Made by a program: the position numbers and the translations under genes | From: Spirochaetota bacterium | GTDB taxonomy: Bacteria; Spirochaetota; UBA4802; UBA5368 | Direction of reading: 5' to 3' | DNA: 52,142 nt | NCBI GenBank assembly: GCA_018263175.1 | Contig: JADFDB010000002.1 | Coordinates: 1-52,142 of the forward strand | Shown here: piece after piece, positions 27,004 to 36,766 of the stretch | Position numbering within the stretch: position 1 is the first letter of the stretch | Layout of the letters: the number at the start of each line of letters is the position of its first letter | Notes under the pieces: generated by a model | Told to the model about the DNA's origin: nothing | Seen by the model: only the letters and a program-made list of their open reading frames with translations | Databases searched by the model: none

Positions 27004-29766
27004 CTACTTGATATTCAGCACGATTTTGGTGCACCGCGGGCAGAGATCCGGGTGCGACGGGTCGGTTCCCGGTTTCAGCGTATAGTTCCAGCAGCGTACG
27101 CACTTCCGGCCAGCGCTTTTAGCGACCCGTATGGATGAATTGTCAAAATCCTCCATGCCGGCCTTTTTCTCCGGAACGACGGTCACCTCCGCGACCTGAA
27201 AGAACCTCCGGGCCTCGTCGCCGAGATCCACGATCATCCGCCGCGTCTTTTCGTTCGCAACGAAGAGTTCGATGTCGGCCTCGAGCGAGGTGCCGATTGA
27301 TTTCTCCTTCCGCTTCGCCTCGAGCGATTTCAGGACATCCCTCTTGATGTCGATGAGCGCCTCCATCTTTTCGGCGATGGCCGGGTTATGGAAGGCCTCG
27401 TCGAGGCGATAATATTCCCGGCTGTGGACCGACTCGGTCCTGCCGGAAAAGCGCCATACCTCCTCGGCGGTGAATGAAAGCACCGGAGCGGCCAGGCGGG
27501 TGAGCGACTCGCTGATCTCGTGGAGCACGGTCTGGTTGGAGCGCCGGAGGACGGAGTCCGCGGCCTCAATATAGAGAATGTCCTTCGAAATATCGAAATA
27601 CAGGGACGACAGCTCCACCGCGCAGAAGTTGAGAATCTTGCGGTAGACCAGATGAAATTCGAATTTCTCGTAATGATCGATCACCTGCCGCGAGAGCTCG
27701 TAGAGTTCGTGCAGTATCCACTTGTCGATGTCGAGCAGATCCGCGTACGGGAGCGCCCGCTCGGGCGTGTAGTCCGAGAGGTTCCCGATGATGAATTTGA
27801 AGGTATTGCGGATTTTGCGGTATGAGTCCGCGATCTGGTTCATCATTTCGAGGCCGATGCGCAGGTCGTTGCGGTAGTCCTCGGAGGAGACCCACAGGCG
27901 AATGATGTCGGCGCCGAACTTATCGATGAGCTGGGACGGCGGAATGACGTTGCCCATGGACTTGCTCATGGCCTTGCCTTCTTCGTCGAGCAGGAAGCCG
28001 TGGGTGAGCACCGTATCGTAGGGCGCGCGCCCGCGCAGGGCGATCGCGGGCCACAGAGACGACTGGAACCAGCCGCGGTGCTGGTCGCTCCCCTCCAGAT
28101 ACAGATCGGACGGCCAGCGATGGTCCTTCCACGAATCGAGCACGACGTAATGTGAAACGCCGGAATCGAACCACACATCGAGAATATCATATTCCTTTTC
28201 GAAGTCCTCGCTGCCGCAGGCGCATTTCGTTCCCCGGGGAATGAGCTCGTGTATGTCGAGCGTGTACCACGAGTCGATGTTCTTTTCGAGCGAAAGCTTC
28301 GAGAAATGGTGAATGCTCTCCGCGCTCATGAGGTTGGTGTGGCATTTTTTGCAATGGAACGAGGGGATCGGCACGCCCCACGAGCGCTGCCGCGAAAGGC
28401 ACCAGTCGGGGCGCGACTCGATCATGCCGCGAAAGCGCGCCTGGCCCCAGGACGGTATCCACCTCGTGTCGTCGGCGGCCTTGAGGGCCGTCTTTCTGAG
28501 ATCCCTGTGGTCGACCATAAAAAACCACTGCTCAGTGGCGCGGAAGATGAGCGGCTGTTTGCAGCGCCAGCAGTGCGGGTAGGAATGCTCGATCTCCGAG
28601 GTATGGATGAAGACGCCCTTTTGCTTCAGGAGTTCGATTACCTTCGGATTCGCGTCGAACACGTTGACGCCCTTCATCTCGGGGAAGTCGTCGGTGAACC
28701 TGCCCTCGTCGTCGACCGGGCAGTAGACGTCGAGCCCGCTCTCCATGCCGAGCACGTAGTCCTCCATACCATGCCCGGGGGCTATGTGGACGATGCCGGT
28801 GCCCTGGTCGAGCGTCACGAAACCGGCGAAAAGGACCTTCGATTCACGGTCGATGAAGGGGTGCCGCACCTTGAGTTTTTCGATCTGGGCTTTCGTGACG
28901 GGTACGGCCTCTCTCTTCGGGATGCCCGTTATGGCCGTCGCCGAGTCGGCGAGGCCGTCGGCCATGATGTAATACTCGTCCCCGGAGCGGTAGGCCGAAT
29001 AGGGAAAGTCAGGGTGAAAACATACGCCGAGGTTCGCGGGAAGCGTCCACGGCGTGGTGGTCCAGATCATCACAAAGAGTTTGTTTTTATCGACGCCGGG
29101 GATTTCTACCGACGACGGATCGACCGGGAACTTCACAAAGATCGACGGTGAAGCGTGGTCGTGGTATTCGACCTCGGCCTCGGCAAGCGCCGTCACACAG
29201 GTCGGGCACCAGTAGATGGGTTTCTTGCCGCGCGTAATGAATCCTTCCCCGAACAGGTCGCCGAATACTTCGAGTATCTTCGCCTCGTATTGCGGCGACA
29301 TCGTGAGGTAGGGGTTCTCGTAATCGCCGAAGATGCCGAGCCGCTTGAATTCCTCCATCTGGATTTTTACGAACCTGGCGGCGTAATCGCGGCAGCGCTT
29401 TCGGATCTCGTGCTTGGGCATCGAGGCGGCCTTTTCGCCGAGCTCGCGCGTGACCTGGAGCTCGATCGGAAGGCCGTGGCAGTCCCAGCCGGGCACATAG
29501 GGGGCCTTGAAGCCCATCATGGTCTTGTGCTTTACGATGATGTCTTTGAGTATCTTGTTGAGCGCGTGGCCCAGGTGGATGTTTCCGTTCGCATACGGCG
29601 GGCCGTCGTGCAGTATATACAGCGGCTTTCCCTCGCGTGCGGCAAGCAGGGCGGGGTAGATGTTCTCTCCGGACCACTGCGCCAGCATTTCGGGCTCGCG
29701 TTTGGGCAGGTTCGCCCGCATCGGGAAATCGGTGGTCGGGAGATTGACGGTCTTCGAATAATCCAT
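27004..29766 (-). CDS. ileS: isoleucine--tRNA ligase
   Basis: HIGH-type motif GNIHLGHALNK, KMSKS motif KAMSKSMGN, and a C-terminal CxxC..CxxC zinc finger. Trimmed to ATG 29766 (MDYSKTVNLP). Confidence 0.97.
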   Translation of the reverse strand: MDYSKTVNLPTTDFPMRANLPKREPEMLAQWSGENIYPALLAAREGKPLYILHDGPPYANGNIHLGHALNKILKDIIVKHKTMMGFKAPYVPGWDCHGLPIELQVTRELGEKAASMPKHEIRKRCRDYAARFVKIQMEEFKRLGIFGDYENPYLTMSPQYEAKILEVFGDLFGEGFITRGKKPIYWCPTCVTALAEAEVEYHDHASPSIFVKFPVDPSSVEIPGVDKNKLFVMIWTTTPWTLPANLGVCFHPDFPYSAYRSGDEYYIMADGLADSATAITGIPKREAVPVTKAQIEKLKVRHPFIDRESKVLFAGFVTLDQGTGIVHIAPGHGMEDYVLGMESGLDVYCPVDDEGRFTDDFPEMKGVNVFDANPKVIELLKQKGVFIHTSEIEHSYPHCWRCKQPLIFRATEQWFFMVDHRDLRKTALKAADDTRWIPSWGQARFRGMIESRPDWCLSRQRSWGVPIPSFHCKKCHTNLMSAESIHHFSKLSLEKNIDSWYTLDIHELIPRGTKCACGSEDFEKEYDILDVWFDSGVSHYVVLDSWKDHRWPSDLYLEGSDQHRGWFQSSLWPAIALRGRAPYDTVLTHGFLLDEEGKAMSKSMGNVIPPSQLIDKFGADIIRLWVSSEDYRNDLRIGLEMMNQIADSYRKIRNTFKFIIGNLSDYTPERALPYADLLDIDKWILHELYELSRQVIDHYEKFEFHLVYRKILNFCAVELSSLYFDISKDILYIEAADSVLRRSNQTVLHEISESLTRLAAPVLSFTAEEVWRFSGRTESVHSREYYRLDEAFHNPAIAEKMEALIDIKRDVLKSLEAKRKEKSIGTSLEADIELFVANEKTRRMIVDLGDEARRFFQVAEVTVVPEKKAGMEDFDNSSIRVAKSAGRKCVRCWNYTLKPGTDPSHPDLCPRCTKIVLNIK

Positions 29767-29963
29767 GGTGTCCTCTTGGCGTATGTAAATCCGGGTCTGT
29801 AGCGTGTCGTTCGCTCCGGGGGGCACGGTCCCGCGGCAGTCTGCTGCATCATCAAGTCTAACGCGTATTTCGCGCCGATCAAAGGATTACTCACGCGATT
29901 GTAAAAAGTTTTGTCAATAGTATTTTTCCGCAGGGCATGGGCCGGATTGTGGGAGATTTGCAT

Positions 29964-29992
29964 GAAAAAAAGGCCGGGCGACGAGCCCGGCC
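29964..29992 (-). terminator. rho-independent terminator downstream of trxA
   Basis: Minus strand reads GGCCGGGC-TCGTC-GCCCGGCC followed by TTTTTTT, 34 nt after the trxA stop. Confidence 0.8.
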
Positions 29993-30025
29993 GTAGTTGC
30001 CGCCTGTACAATCGTGGTAAAGGAT

Positions 30026-30340
30026 CTACTGCAGTTTGCGCTTGAGCAGCTCCGCCGGCTGGACCCCAATCATCCTCTCGACTTCCTTTCCGCGCCTGAA
30101 GAGGATGAGGGTCGGGATGGAGCTGATGCCTAAGCGCTGGGCGGTTCCCGGGTTCTTGTCGGTATTGAGTTTTACTATCCTTGCGCCCCCGTTCAGCTCT
30201 TTGGCCAGGCCCTCGAGTATAGGCGTCTGCATGCGGCAGGGACCGCACCAGGGAGCCCAGAAATCGACGAGCACGGTTCCTTCGCCGGTGAGGACTTCGC
30301 TGCTAAAATTTCCATCGGTAACTTCGGTCACTATGGACAT
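30026..30340 (-). CDS. trxA: thioredoxin
   Basis: WAPWCGPC active site, 104 aa, GGAGG SD. Confidence 0.95.
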   Translation of the reverse strand: MSIVTEVTDGNFSSEVLTGEGTVLVDFWAPWCGPCRMQTPILEGLAKELNGGARIVKLNTDKNPGTAQRLGISSIPTLILFRRGKEVERMIGVQPAELLKRKLQ

Positions 30341-30372
30341 ATCAATTCCTCCATGGGTTGTAAATGATATAG

Positions 30373-30401
30373 AATTTAATAAAATACTTAATAATCGTCA
30401 A
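30373..30401 (-). promoter_or_regulatory. sigma70-like promoter candidate for trxA
   Basis: Minus strand: TTGACG (30401..30396), 17-nt spacer, TAAATT (30378..30373), in an AT-rich gap. Confidence 0.45.
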
Positions 30402-30496
30402 CATTATTTTCCATACTCATTACACTTTTAAGTAGCACTATTGGATAACCGGAGAACAACAAGTCTGATGTTCAGGGGAGAATGTAAACTCCCGAA

Positions 30497-30973
30497 TCAG
30501 GCGTTGAGCTGAAATCCGGGGGCCTCTCCACCTTCGAGGGAGTCGGGCAGAGATTCGATAAAGTCCCGGATCGCGTCGCGCACCCGTCGGTAATGGATGA
30601 GCGCCTCCTCCTCGCTCTTCGCATCCATCGCAAGCAGCGGCGGGTCCTCAAAGCCGCGGTGCATGATCTTGGTCTTTCCCGGAAAGAAGGGGCATTGTTC
30701 ATGCGCATGCCCGCAGACCGTAATCACGTAATCGAACGACAGGTGCGTCACGCTTTCAATACTCTTTGACGTGTGTGCAGAGATGTCAATCCCCACCTCG
30801 ACCATCACGGAAACCGCGCGCGGGTCAAGCCCCTTGGGCGCCGTCCCTGCCGAATGGGCCTCTATACGGTCGCCCCTCAGCCTCCTCGCCCAGCCCTCGG
30901 CCATCTGGCTGCGAGAGGAGTTGCCGGTGCAGAGGAAGAGTATTTTCAGTTTTTCCGGTTTCATGTATTTCAC
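30497..30973 (-). CDS. arsC: arsenate reductase, LMW-PTPase / thioredoxin-coupled type
   Basis: P-loop LCTGNSSRSQMAEG (CX5R) and downstream VCGHAHEQC cysteines. The start is either GTG 30973 or ATG 30964. Confidence 0.9.
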   Translation of the reverse strand: MKYMKPEKLKILFLCTGNSSRSQMAEGWARRLRGDRIEAHSAGTAPKGLDPRAVSVMVEVGIDISAHTSKSIESVTHLSFDYVITVCGHAHEQCPFFPGKTKIMHRGFEDPPLLAMDAKSEEEALIHYRRVRDAIRDFIESLPDSLEGGEAPGFQLNA

Positions 30974-31015
30974 TCGTTTGGGATTTTTTCTATTTTAAAT
31001 AAGGCACCAGGGTAT

Positions 31016-32068
31016 TTATTCCGTATTGTTGAAGAAGCGCCGCTTGAAGAAAAGAGCCACGCTCACAAGCGAGATGAGCACCGGGACTTCAACCAGCGGT
31101 CCGATGACGGCGGCGAAGGCCACGCCCGAGTGAATGCCGTAAACAGCGACCGATACCGCGATGGCGAGCTCGAAGTTGTTGCTGGCAGCGGTGAACGATA
31201 GTGTGGCGGAGATCGGATAGGTCGCGCCGATTTTTTTACTCAGAAAAAAGCTCACCAGGAACATTGCCACGAAGTAAATAACCAGCGGAATTGCGATGTG
31301 TACCACATCCATCGGGATTTTGACAATATACTCGCCCTTCAGGCTGAACATCACGACGATCGTGAACAGAAGCGCGATGAGCGTAACGGGGCTTATTCTT
31401 GGGATGAATTTTTGCTCATACCACTCCCTGGACTTTAGCCTGAGGATGGTGAAGCGCGTGATGATGCCCGCGATGAACGGAATGCCGAGATAGATGAACA
31501 CGCTTTCGGCGATCTGGCCGATCGTGATGTCCACAATACTGCCCTGAAGGCCGAACAGCGGCGGCAATACCGTAATGAAAAACCACGCGTACACGCTGAA
31601 AAAGAGCACCTGGAATACGCTGTTGAACGCGACCAGTCCCGCAGCGTATTCGGCGTCCCCGTGGGCCAAGTCATTCCAGACGATCACCATGGCGATGCAG
31701 CGCGCCAGGCCGATCATGATGAGTCCTGCCATGTACTCGGGATATCCGGAGAGGAAGGAGATCGCGAGGAAAAACATGAGCACCGGGCCGATGATCCAGT
31801 TCTGGATGAGCGAGAGGAGGAGCACCCGCCAGTTTTTAAATACATCCCCAAGATCCTCGTATTTCACCTTGGCGAGCGGTGGATACATCATGAGGATGAG
31901 ACCGATCGCTATCGGTATGTTTGTGGTCCCGGCCTGAAATCGGTTCCAGAAGCGGGCCGTTTCCGGAACGAAATATCCCAGGCCGACTCCGGCGGCCATC
32001 GCAGCGAAGATCCAGAGCGTCAGGTAGCGGTCCAGGAAGGAAAGCTTTTTCATGAGACCGTTTTCCAT
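31016..32068 (-). CDS. acr3: arsenite efflux transporter, ACR3 family
   Basis: N-terminal [13 protein letters not shown] signature, about 10 TM segments, GGAGG SD before ATG 32068. Confidence 0.9.
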   Translation of the reverse strand: MENGLMKKLSFLDRYLTLWIFAAMAAGVGLGYFVPETARFWNRFQAGTTNIPIAIGLILMMYPPLAKVKYEDLGDVFKNWRVLLLSLIQNWIIGPVLMFFLAISFLSGYPEYMAGLIMIGLARCIAMVIVWNDLAHGDAEYAAGLVAFNSVFQVLFFSVYAWFFITVLPPLFGLQGSIVDITIGQIAESVFIYLGIPFIAGIITRFTILRLKSREWYEQKFIPRISPVTLIALLFTIVVMFSLKGEYIVKIPMDVVHIAIPLVIYFVAMFLVSFFLSKKIGATYPISATLSFTAASNNFELAIAVSVAVYGIHSGVAFAAVIGPLVEVPVLISLVSVALFFKRRFFNNTE

Positions 32069-32141
32069 AATTTCCTCCGGTCATGAGTTATTTCAACAGA
32101 TAAATCCCCGCACGGCCTTGGCAACAGATTGTCGTTTTAGT

Positions 32142-32846
32142 TCAGATAACCGTGTACAGAAGATACACCCCTCCGAGAATAACCAGTACGCCGCATATCC
32201 TTTTAAGGGTGAGTACACTCTTCGACCGCTCGCTCCAGTCGAGATATCGCTGCACCGCACCGATAAAGGTTCCCGCAAGCACGATGATAGAACAGTGGCC
32301 CATGGCGTAGGCCAGAACAAGTGAGACGGCGAAAACGAGTTGTGCCGACGCAAGGCTGAAGACCACACCGAGCATGGGTGCCATGTAGGCGAAGGTGCAG
32401 GGGCCGAGTGCAACGCCGAAGACGAGCCCCAGAATGAGCGCGGCGATTGGGCCACGTCCGGTGAACCGGGGGTTGACTCCGTTCTGCGGAAAGGGTAGTG
32501 GAAGAATTTCGAGCAGATGGAGCCCGATGATGAAGAATATCGCCGCAACGAAATAATTTCCCCAGGGCCCCAGGTCTCCCAGCATCCTCCCTGCAAGACC
32601 CGTGAGAAGCCCGACGAGTCCGATGGTGACGAGGATGCCCATCGCGAAAAGGAGCGCGAGCGCAAACGCCCGGGCCACGCCGACCCGTCCCTGGCCGTCG
32701 ATGAATCCGACGATGAGCGGAATGCTTGCGAGGTGGCATGGAGAGAGAAGAATGCTCGCCACCCCCCAGAGAAAGGCCCCGGAAAGTGCGATTCCGGGGG
32801 AGCCGCCGAGCGTACCCGAGAGCCAGGTGAAGAACTCGAGCAGCAT
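32142..32846 (-). CDS. ccdA: cytochrome c biogenesis / thiol-disulfide transporter, CcdA (DsbD_2) family
   Basis: Six-TM protein with the two conserved Cys-containing helices (LLSPCHL, ALGPCTF). Start overlaps the upstream stop by 1 nt. Confidence 0.8.
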   Translation of the reverse strand: MLLEFFTWLSGTLGGSPGIALSGAFLWGVASILLSPCHLASIPLIVGFIDGQGRVGVARAFALALLFAMGILVTIGLVGLLTGLAGRMLGDLGPWGNYFVAAIFFIIGLHLLEILPLPFPQNGVNPRFTGRGPIAALILGLVFGVALGPCTFAYMAPMLGVVFSLASAQLVFAVSLVLAYAMGHCSIIVLAGTFIGAVQRYLDWSERSKSVLTLKRICGVLVILGGVYLLYTVI

Positions 32847-33361
32847 CAGCGGACCCCTCGCGTCTTTAAAACCCTGATGATCTCCTTTTTTGGGAAGAAG
32901 CCCTCGTGACGGAAATATTCATTTCCGTCCCTGTCGAGAAACACCTGGGTCGGGATGATGCGTATGCCGTACTTTGTACCGTATGGCCTTCCTTCCGGCG
33001 TCCAGACATCGTAAAAAAGGACCTTCACTTGATCCCTATAATGTTCCTCGACCTCCCTAACGATAGGCTGCATCATTTTACAGGGTACACAGTTAAGCGA
33101 GCCGATCTCAATAAAGGTTACGAGTATTTCGTTGCCAGCGGCCGATGCGGATACTGCCGTCCCTTCGTCCGGATCGCGCGATCTTTCAGGGGATATTTCG
33201 CTCGAGGGGGCTTCTGCTTTGCCACACCCGAAGACGCTCCCCACAGCGGAGAGAGCAAACTCACCGATAGAGCAGGAACATTCTCCTTTGAGTAAATTCC
33301 CTCCCAAGGCGAGAACGAATGCAATAAAAACAGGCAAGACGATCTTGAGCCATCTGTTCAT
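32846..33361 (-). CDS. membrane-anchored thioredoxin-fold protein (TlpA/ResA-like)
   Basis: N-terminal TM anchor, CVPC redox motif in a thioredoxin fold, AGGAG SD. Confidence 0.8.
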   Translation of the reverse strand: MNRWLKIVLPVFIAFVLALGGNLLKGECSCSIGEFALSAVGSVFGCGKAEAPSSEISPERSRDPDEGTAVSASAAGNEILVTFIEIGSLNCVPCKMMQPIVREVEEHYRDQVKVLFYDVWTPEGRPYGTKYGIRIIPTQVFLDRDGNEYFRHEGFFPKKEIIRVLKTRGVR

Positions 33362-33432
33362 CTCGTTATCTCCTGACGATTATAATGGTATACCATTCGA
33401 GTGCGGGTGCATGTTGCCAGGTAGGCCGTGCT

Positions 33433-33837
33433 TCAGCCGCAGCACCCGCAACCAGCGGTCACGTTTCCCGGTACTGCGGTCTGGTTTTTGCCGTGGATCG
33501 TTTCGTCAATGCGCGTGACATTCTCTCCGTTCGCCGGGCTCGAGGCCTTTCCCAGCCTCATCTCAGTGAGCACATATGAAAGCGGGAGGATGCCGATGCA
33601 CTCAAAATTCTCGCGCGCGCAGGCGGTTGAGCAGCCGTCGATCGTGATCTCGGTGTTGGCCGCCTTAGCCGTCTGTACGTAGCCTGAAAGAGTGGCTCCG
33701 ATGGCGGCAAGACAGCTTATTTTCGCGAAACTCTCGTCGTGCAGTTTCCGCGCGACCCTGTCTGCGATCTTCCCTACGTCGACGGCACCTCAACAGGCGT
33801 TTACCTTCCGTGTTCCTCCGCAGCAGCATTCGACCAT
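33433..33837 (-). CDS. DGC-domain (putative metal-binding) protein with an in-frame TGA at 33790..33792; candidate selenoprotein
   Basis: My own minus-strand translation: MVECCCGGTRKVNAC-[TGA]-GAVDVGKIADRVARKLHDESFAKISCLAAIGATLSGYVQTAKAANTEITIDGCSTACARENFECIGILPLSYVLTEMRLGKASSPANGENVTRIDETIHGKNQTAVPGNVTAGCGCCG*. There are 118 stop-free codons after the TGA with no usable start near it. The DGC motif is present. This fills an otherwise empty 500-bp gap inside an operon. Confidence 0.6.
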
Positions 33838-33861
33838 AACATGTTCTCGCTGGTTGAAATA

Positions 33862-34095
33862 TTACTCTTTAATTATTTTCTTAATTTCGTCGATGGATGG
33901 CACTTTACCGACAAACTTTACCTCCCCGTTCACCACGAGGGCGGGCGTGATCATTACGCCATAGTTCATGATGTCTTTTATTTCCTTGACCTTGGTGATT
34001 TCTGCGTCGATTTCGAGTTCCGCCACCGCCTTGCGGGTAATCTCCTCGAGCTTGATACACTTGGCACAGCCGGTCCCCAGTATTTCGATTTTCAT
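33862..34095 (-). CDS. small thioredoxin-fold protein (redox-active disulfide protein 2 type)
   Basis: 77 aa with a GCAKC motif (MKIEILGTGCAKC). This type is commonly paired with the ArsP-like permease. GGAGG SD. ATGA overlap with the upstream gene. Confidence 0.85.
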   Translation of the reverse strand: MKIEILGTGCAKCIKLEEITRKAVAELEIDAEITKVKEIKDIMNYGVMITPALVVNGEVKFVGKVPSIDEIKKIIKE

Positions 34096-35375
34096 GGTGA
34101 TCCTCCTTTTGTTTTAGAGCGTATATATTCGATGAGCGCGCGCAGAGTCCGCGCGTCGAGATCAACCGTGTCGAGCATCCGGTTGTTGACGAACAGGGTC
34201 GGTGTTCCGTCAACCATCAGGCGCTCGCCCTCGAAACGGTCTTCCCGTACGCGTTCGAGGGACTCGGAAGAGCTCATGCACGATTCGAAGATTGCCGTGT
34301 CGAGATCGAGGCGCGCGGCCTGGCTTCGCAGCGATCCGATGTCGTGCTCGACGCCGGCCTCGCCGTCAAGGTACAGGGCGGCGGACATCGCGCCGTATTT
34401 CCCCTGACGAGCCGCGCAGACCCCGGCGCGGGCGGCCAGGCAGGAGCTCGCCTCTCTGCGATGATCCATCGGGTCGCGGCACTGCTCGCCAAGCGGAAAA
34501 TTCTTATAGTACACCACGAGTTCGCCGGGCCTTTCTTTTAAGAGATTTTTCAGGCTTTTGTTCATACGCGTGCAGCTTGAGCAGTTGAAATCGCTGTAAA
34601 CGACGATGCGTACCGGCGCACCGGGCGAACCATCATACGGCACGCCGCCGAGTTCGATGCGCGAGTCGAGCACGGCCTCGTAGCGGGCGATGAGGCGGGA
34701 CACCCGCTCATCGCCGCCGAAGCCGGACATCGATTCAACCAGGCGTTCCCGCGCCAAGAGGCCGATGCCGGTCCCCAGCATGATGAGCAGGATGATGACG
34801 AGGGAGTGCAGGAGCAGGCGGGCCCGGCCGAAGGACGCGAGCGATCGGCGCATGCCGGCGGCGCGCGCTCCCGGATCCGTCCGCCGGGCGTACCGCAGGG
34901 CGATCACCGAGGAGAGGAGGATGAGCGCCGCGGCGGCGTAGCTTGCGGTACAGAGCGGGCAGAAGGCCCCGATGAAAAAGGTCGAGACAAGGAACAATAC
35001 GATACTGACGATGCAGGCGGCGGATGAAAGCGCGGCGGAAAGGCGAAGCGGCAACAGGCCGCCCGCCGTATTCCGCCTGAAGGCGGAGACAAAGAGAAAC
35101 GCGAGATAGCCATACAAAGCAAAGCCGAAAAGGGCGATCGGCACGTCGCCGACATGCGGGACGCCGCGAATAGCCGCAAACGCGCTCTTCGCAACAGTGC
35201 GGCAGGCATTTACGCCGCCCCTCGTGGTGCAGAGCGCGTCGGTCGCGCCGATGGAGACGCCGAAGTATTCGAGGATCAGTGCCGCGCTGATAAGTGCCCC
35301 GGCGATCGAGGTGGCGGCGCCGGCAATTATCATGGCCTTCCAAATCCTGGTGTCGGTATGCGTGTTTACCATCAT
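34092..35375 (-). CDS. vitamin K epoxide reductase (VKOR)-family membrane domain fused to a DsbA-like thioredoxin domain
   Basis: VKOR loop cysteines CTTRGGVNAC and CPLC in a TM helix. The C-terminal thioredoxin fold carries FNCSSC. Confidence 0.8.
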   Translation of the reverse strand: MMVNTHTDTRIWKAMIIAGAATSIAGALISAALILEYFGVSIGATDALCTTRGGVNACRTVAKSAFAAIRGVPHVGDVPIALFGFALYGYLAFLFVSAFRRNTAGGLLPLRLSAALSSAACIVSIVLFLVSTFFIGAFCPLCTASYAAAALILLSSVIALRYARRTDPGARAAGMRRSLASFGRARLLLHSLVIILLIMLGTGIGLLARERLVESMSGFGGDERVSRLIARYEAVLDSRIELGGVPYDGSPGAPVRIVVYSDFNCSSCTRMNKSLKNLLKERPGELVVYYKNFPLGEQCRDPMDHRREASSCLAARAGVCAARQGKYGAMSAALYLDGEAGVEHDIGSLRSQAARLDLDTAIFESCMSSSESLERVREDRFEGERLMVDGTPTLFVNNRMLDTVDLDARTLRALIEYIRSKTKGGSP

Positions 35376-35411
35376 CGACCCTCAAATAAAATTTGCAGAC
35401 GGGAACCGGAA

Positions 35412-36710
35412 CTAAAATAACGCCCCGAAGATCATTCCGCAGACGGTCGCCATTACGACGACAAGGCCCACGAAGACCACGGTCTTCTGCGTTCCGAGGA
35501 CGCTTCGTATTACGAGCATATTGGGAAGCGAAAGCGCCGGTCCGGCGAGGAGGAGTGCGAGCGCAGGCCCCTTGCCCATGCCGCTTCCGATAAGCCCCTG
35601 CACGATCGGGACCTCGGTCAGCGTCGCGAAGTACATAAAGGCACCGGCGACCGAAGCGAACAGGTTCGACCACAGCGAGTTGCCGCCGACGGCGAGCTCA
35701 ACCCATTCATTGGGGATAAGACCCTCGTGTCCCGGGCGGCCGAGCAGCGCGCCCGCGATGAGCACGCCGAAGAGCAATAGCGGCAGTATCTGCTTCGCGA
35801 AGTCCCAGGTGGCGGAGAACCAGGGGCCCGTCTCTCCCTTGTCGGTGCTCGTTATAATAGAGAGCCCGATTACGCCGGCGCTGAACGCGATGACGGGTTC
35901 GCGGTGAAACAGCAGCGCGAGCACCGCCGCGGGGATGCCGGCGAGCGCCACCTTCCACCATTTGAGATCGAACCACGACGCGAGCATCAGCGCGAGCGCG
36001 CCGGAAGCGGCCGCGGTAATCACCCATTTATAGGTAAAGATGGCGTGCCATACGCCGGTCTCCTCGACGGGCTTTCCCCAGTTCGCGAAGACGAGAATGG
36101 CGACCATGGTGAAGAAATACAGCGCATTTTTCCAGAGGGCCCGGGAAACCCCGGCCTCGGGCATGTTCACCATGGAGTTGGCCTTTTCCCGTTCCTCCCT
36201 GCGATAGATAAGGTGCATGACCAGACCGATAACGACGCTGAAAAGAACCGCCCCAACCGCCCTGGCCACGCCGATTTCGAGGCCGAGTACGCGCGCGGTG
36301 AGGATGATGGCGAGCACGTTGATGGCGGGGCCGGAATAGAGAAAGGCCGTCGCGGGGCCGAGCCCGGCGCCCATGCGATAGATGCCGGAGAAAAGCGGCA
36401 GCACCGTGCACGAGCAGACCGCGAGGATGGTGCCCGACACCGACGCCACACCATAGGCAAGCGCCTTGTTGGCCGCCGGTCCGAGGTACTTCATTACCGA
36501 GGCCTGGGAGACGAAGACGGCGATCGCTCCGGCAATAAAAAAGGCAGGGACCAGGCACAGGAGTACGTGTTCCTGCGCGTACCATTTTGTCAGATAGAAC
36601 GCTTCCATTATCGCGTTGTCGAAGCGCTGAGTGCCGACCGGCAGGTAAAAAGCGGCCAGAAACACCGCGATAATCCAGAAAAACGGTTTCCATTCGGTTT
36701 TCCAGTTCAT
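35412..36710 (-). CDS. predicted permease, PF03773/ArsP-like family
   Basis: Polytopic membrane protein with the family-typical vicinal Cys motif AVCSCTVLP. Lies next to arsR and the small thioredoxin-like gene. ATG 36710 is preceded by GGAGGG. Confidence 0.8.
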   Translation of the reverse strand: MNWKTEWKPFFWIIAVFLAAFYLPVGTQRFDNAIMEAFYLTKWYAQEHVLLCLVPAFFIAGAIAVFVSQASVMKYLGPAANKALAYGVASVSGTILAVCSCTVLPLFSGIYRMGAGLGPATAFLYSGPAINVLAIILTARVLGLEIGVARAVGAVLFSVVIGLVMHLIYRREEREKANSMVNMPEAGVSRALWKNALYFFTMVAILVFANWGKPVEETGVWHAIFTYKWVITAAASGALALMLASWFDLKWWKVALAGIPAAVLALLFHREPVIAFSAGVIGLSIITSTDKGETGPWFSATWDFAKQILPLLLFGVLIAGALLGRPGHEGLIPNEWVELAVGGNSLWSNLFASVAGAFMYFATLTEVPIVQGLIGSGMGKGPALALLLAGPALSLPNMLVIRSVLGTQKTVVFVGLVVVMATVCGMIFGALF

Positions 36711-36766
36711 GTCAAAGCCCTCCATGGTATGCACGGGATAGAGTCATCATCACATCCCGTGCGCGA

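Noticed and set aside
29767-29963. The roughly 200-nt GC-rich region upstream of ileS as a possible T-box or other riboswitch leader.
   Set aside because: I could not find the conserved T-box sequence (AGGGUGGNACCGCG-like) or a terminator/antiterminator pair. I also found no convincing promoter hexamers at a proper spacing. It is left unannotated.
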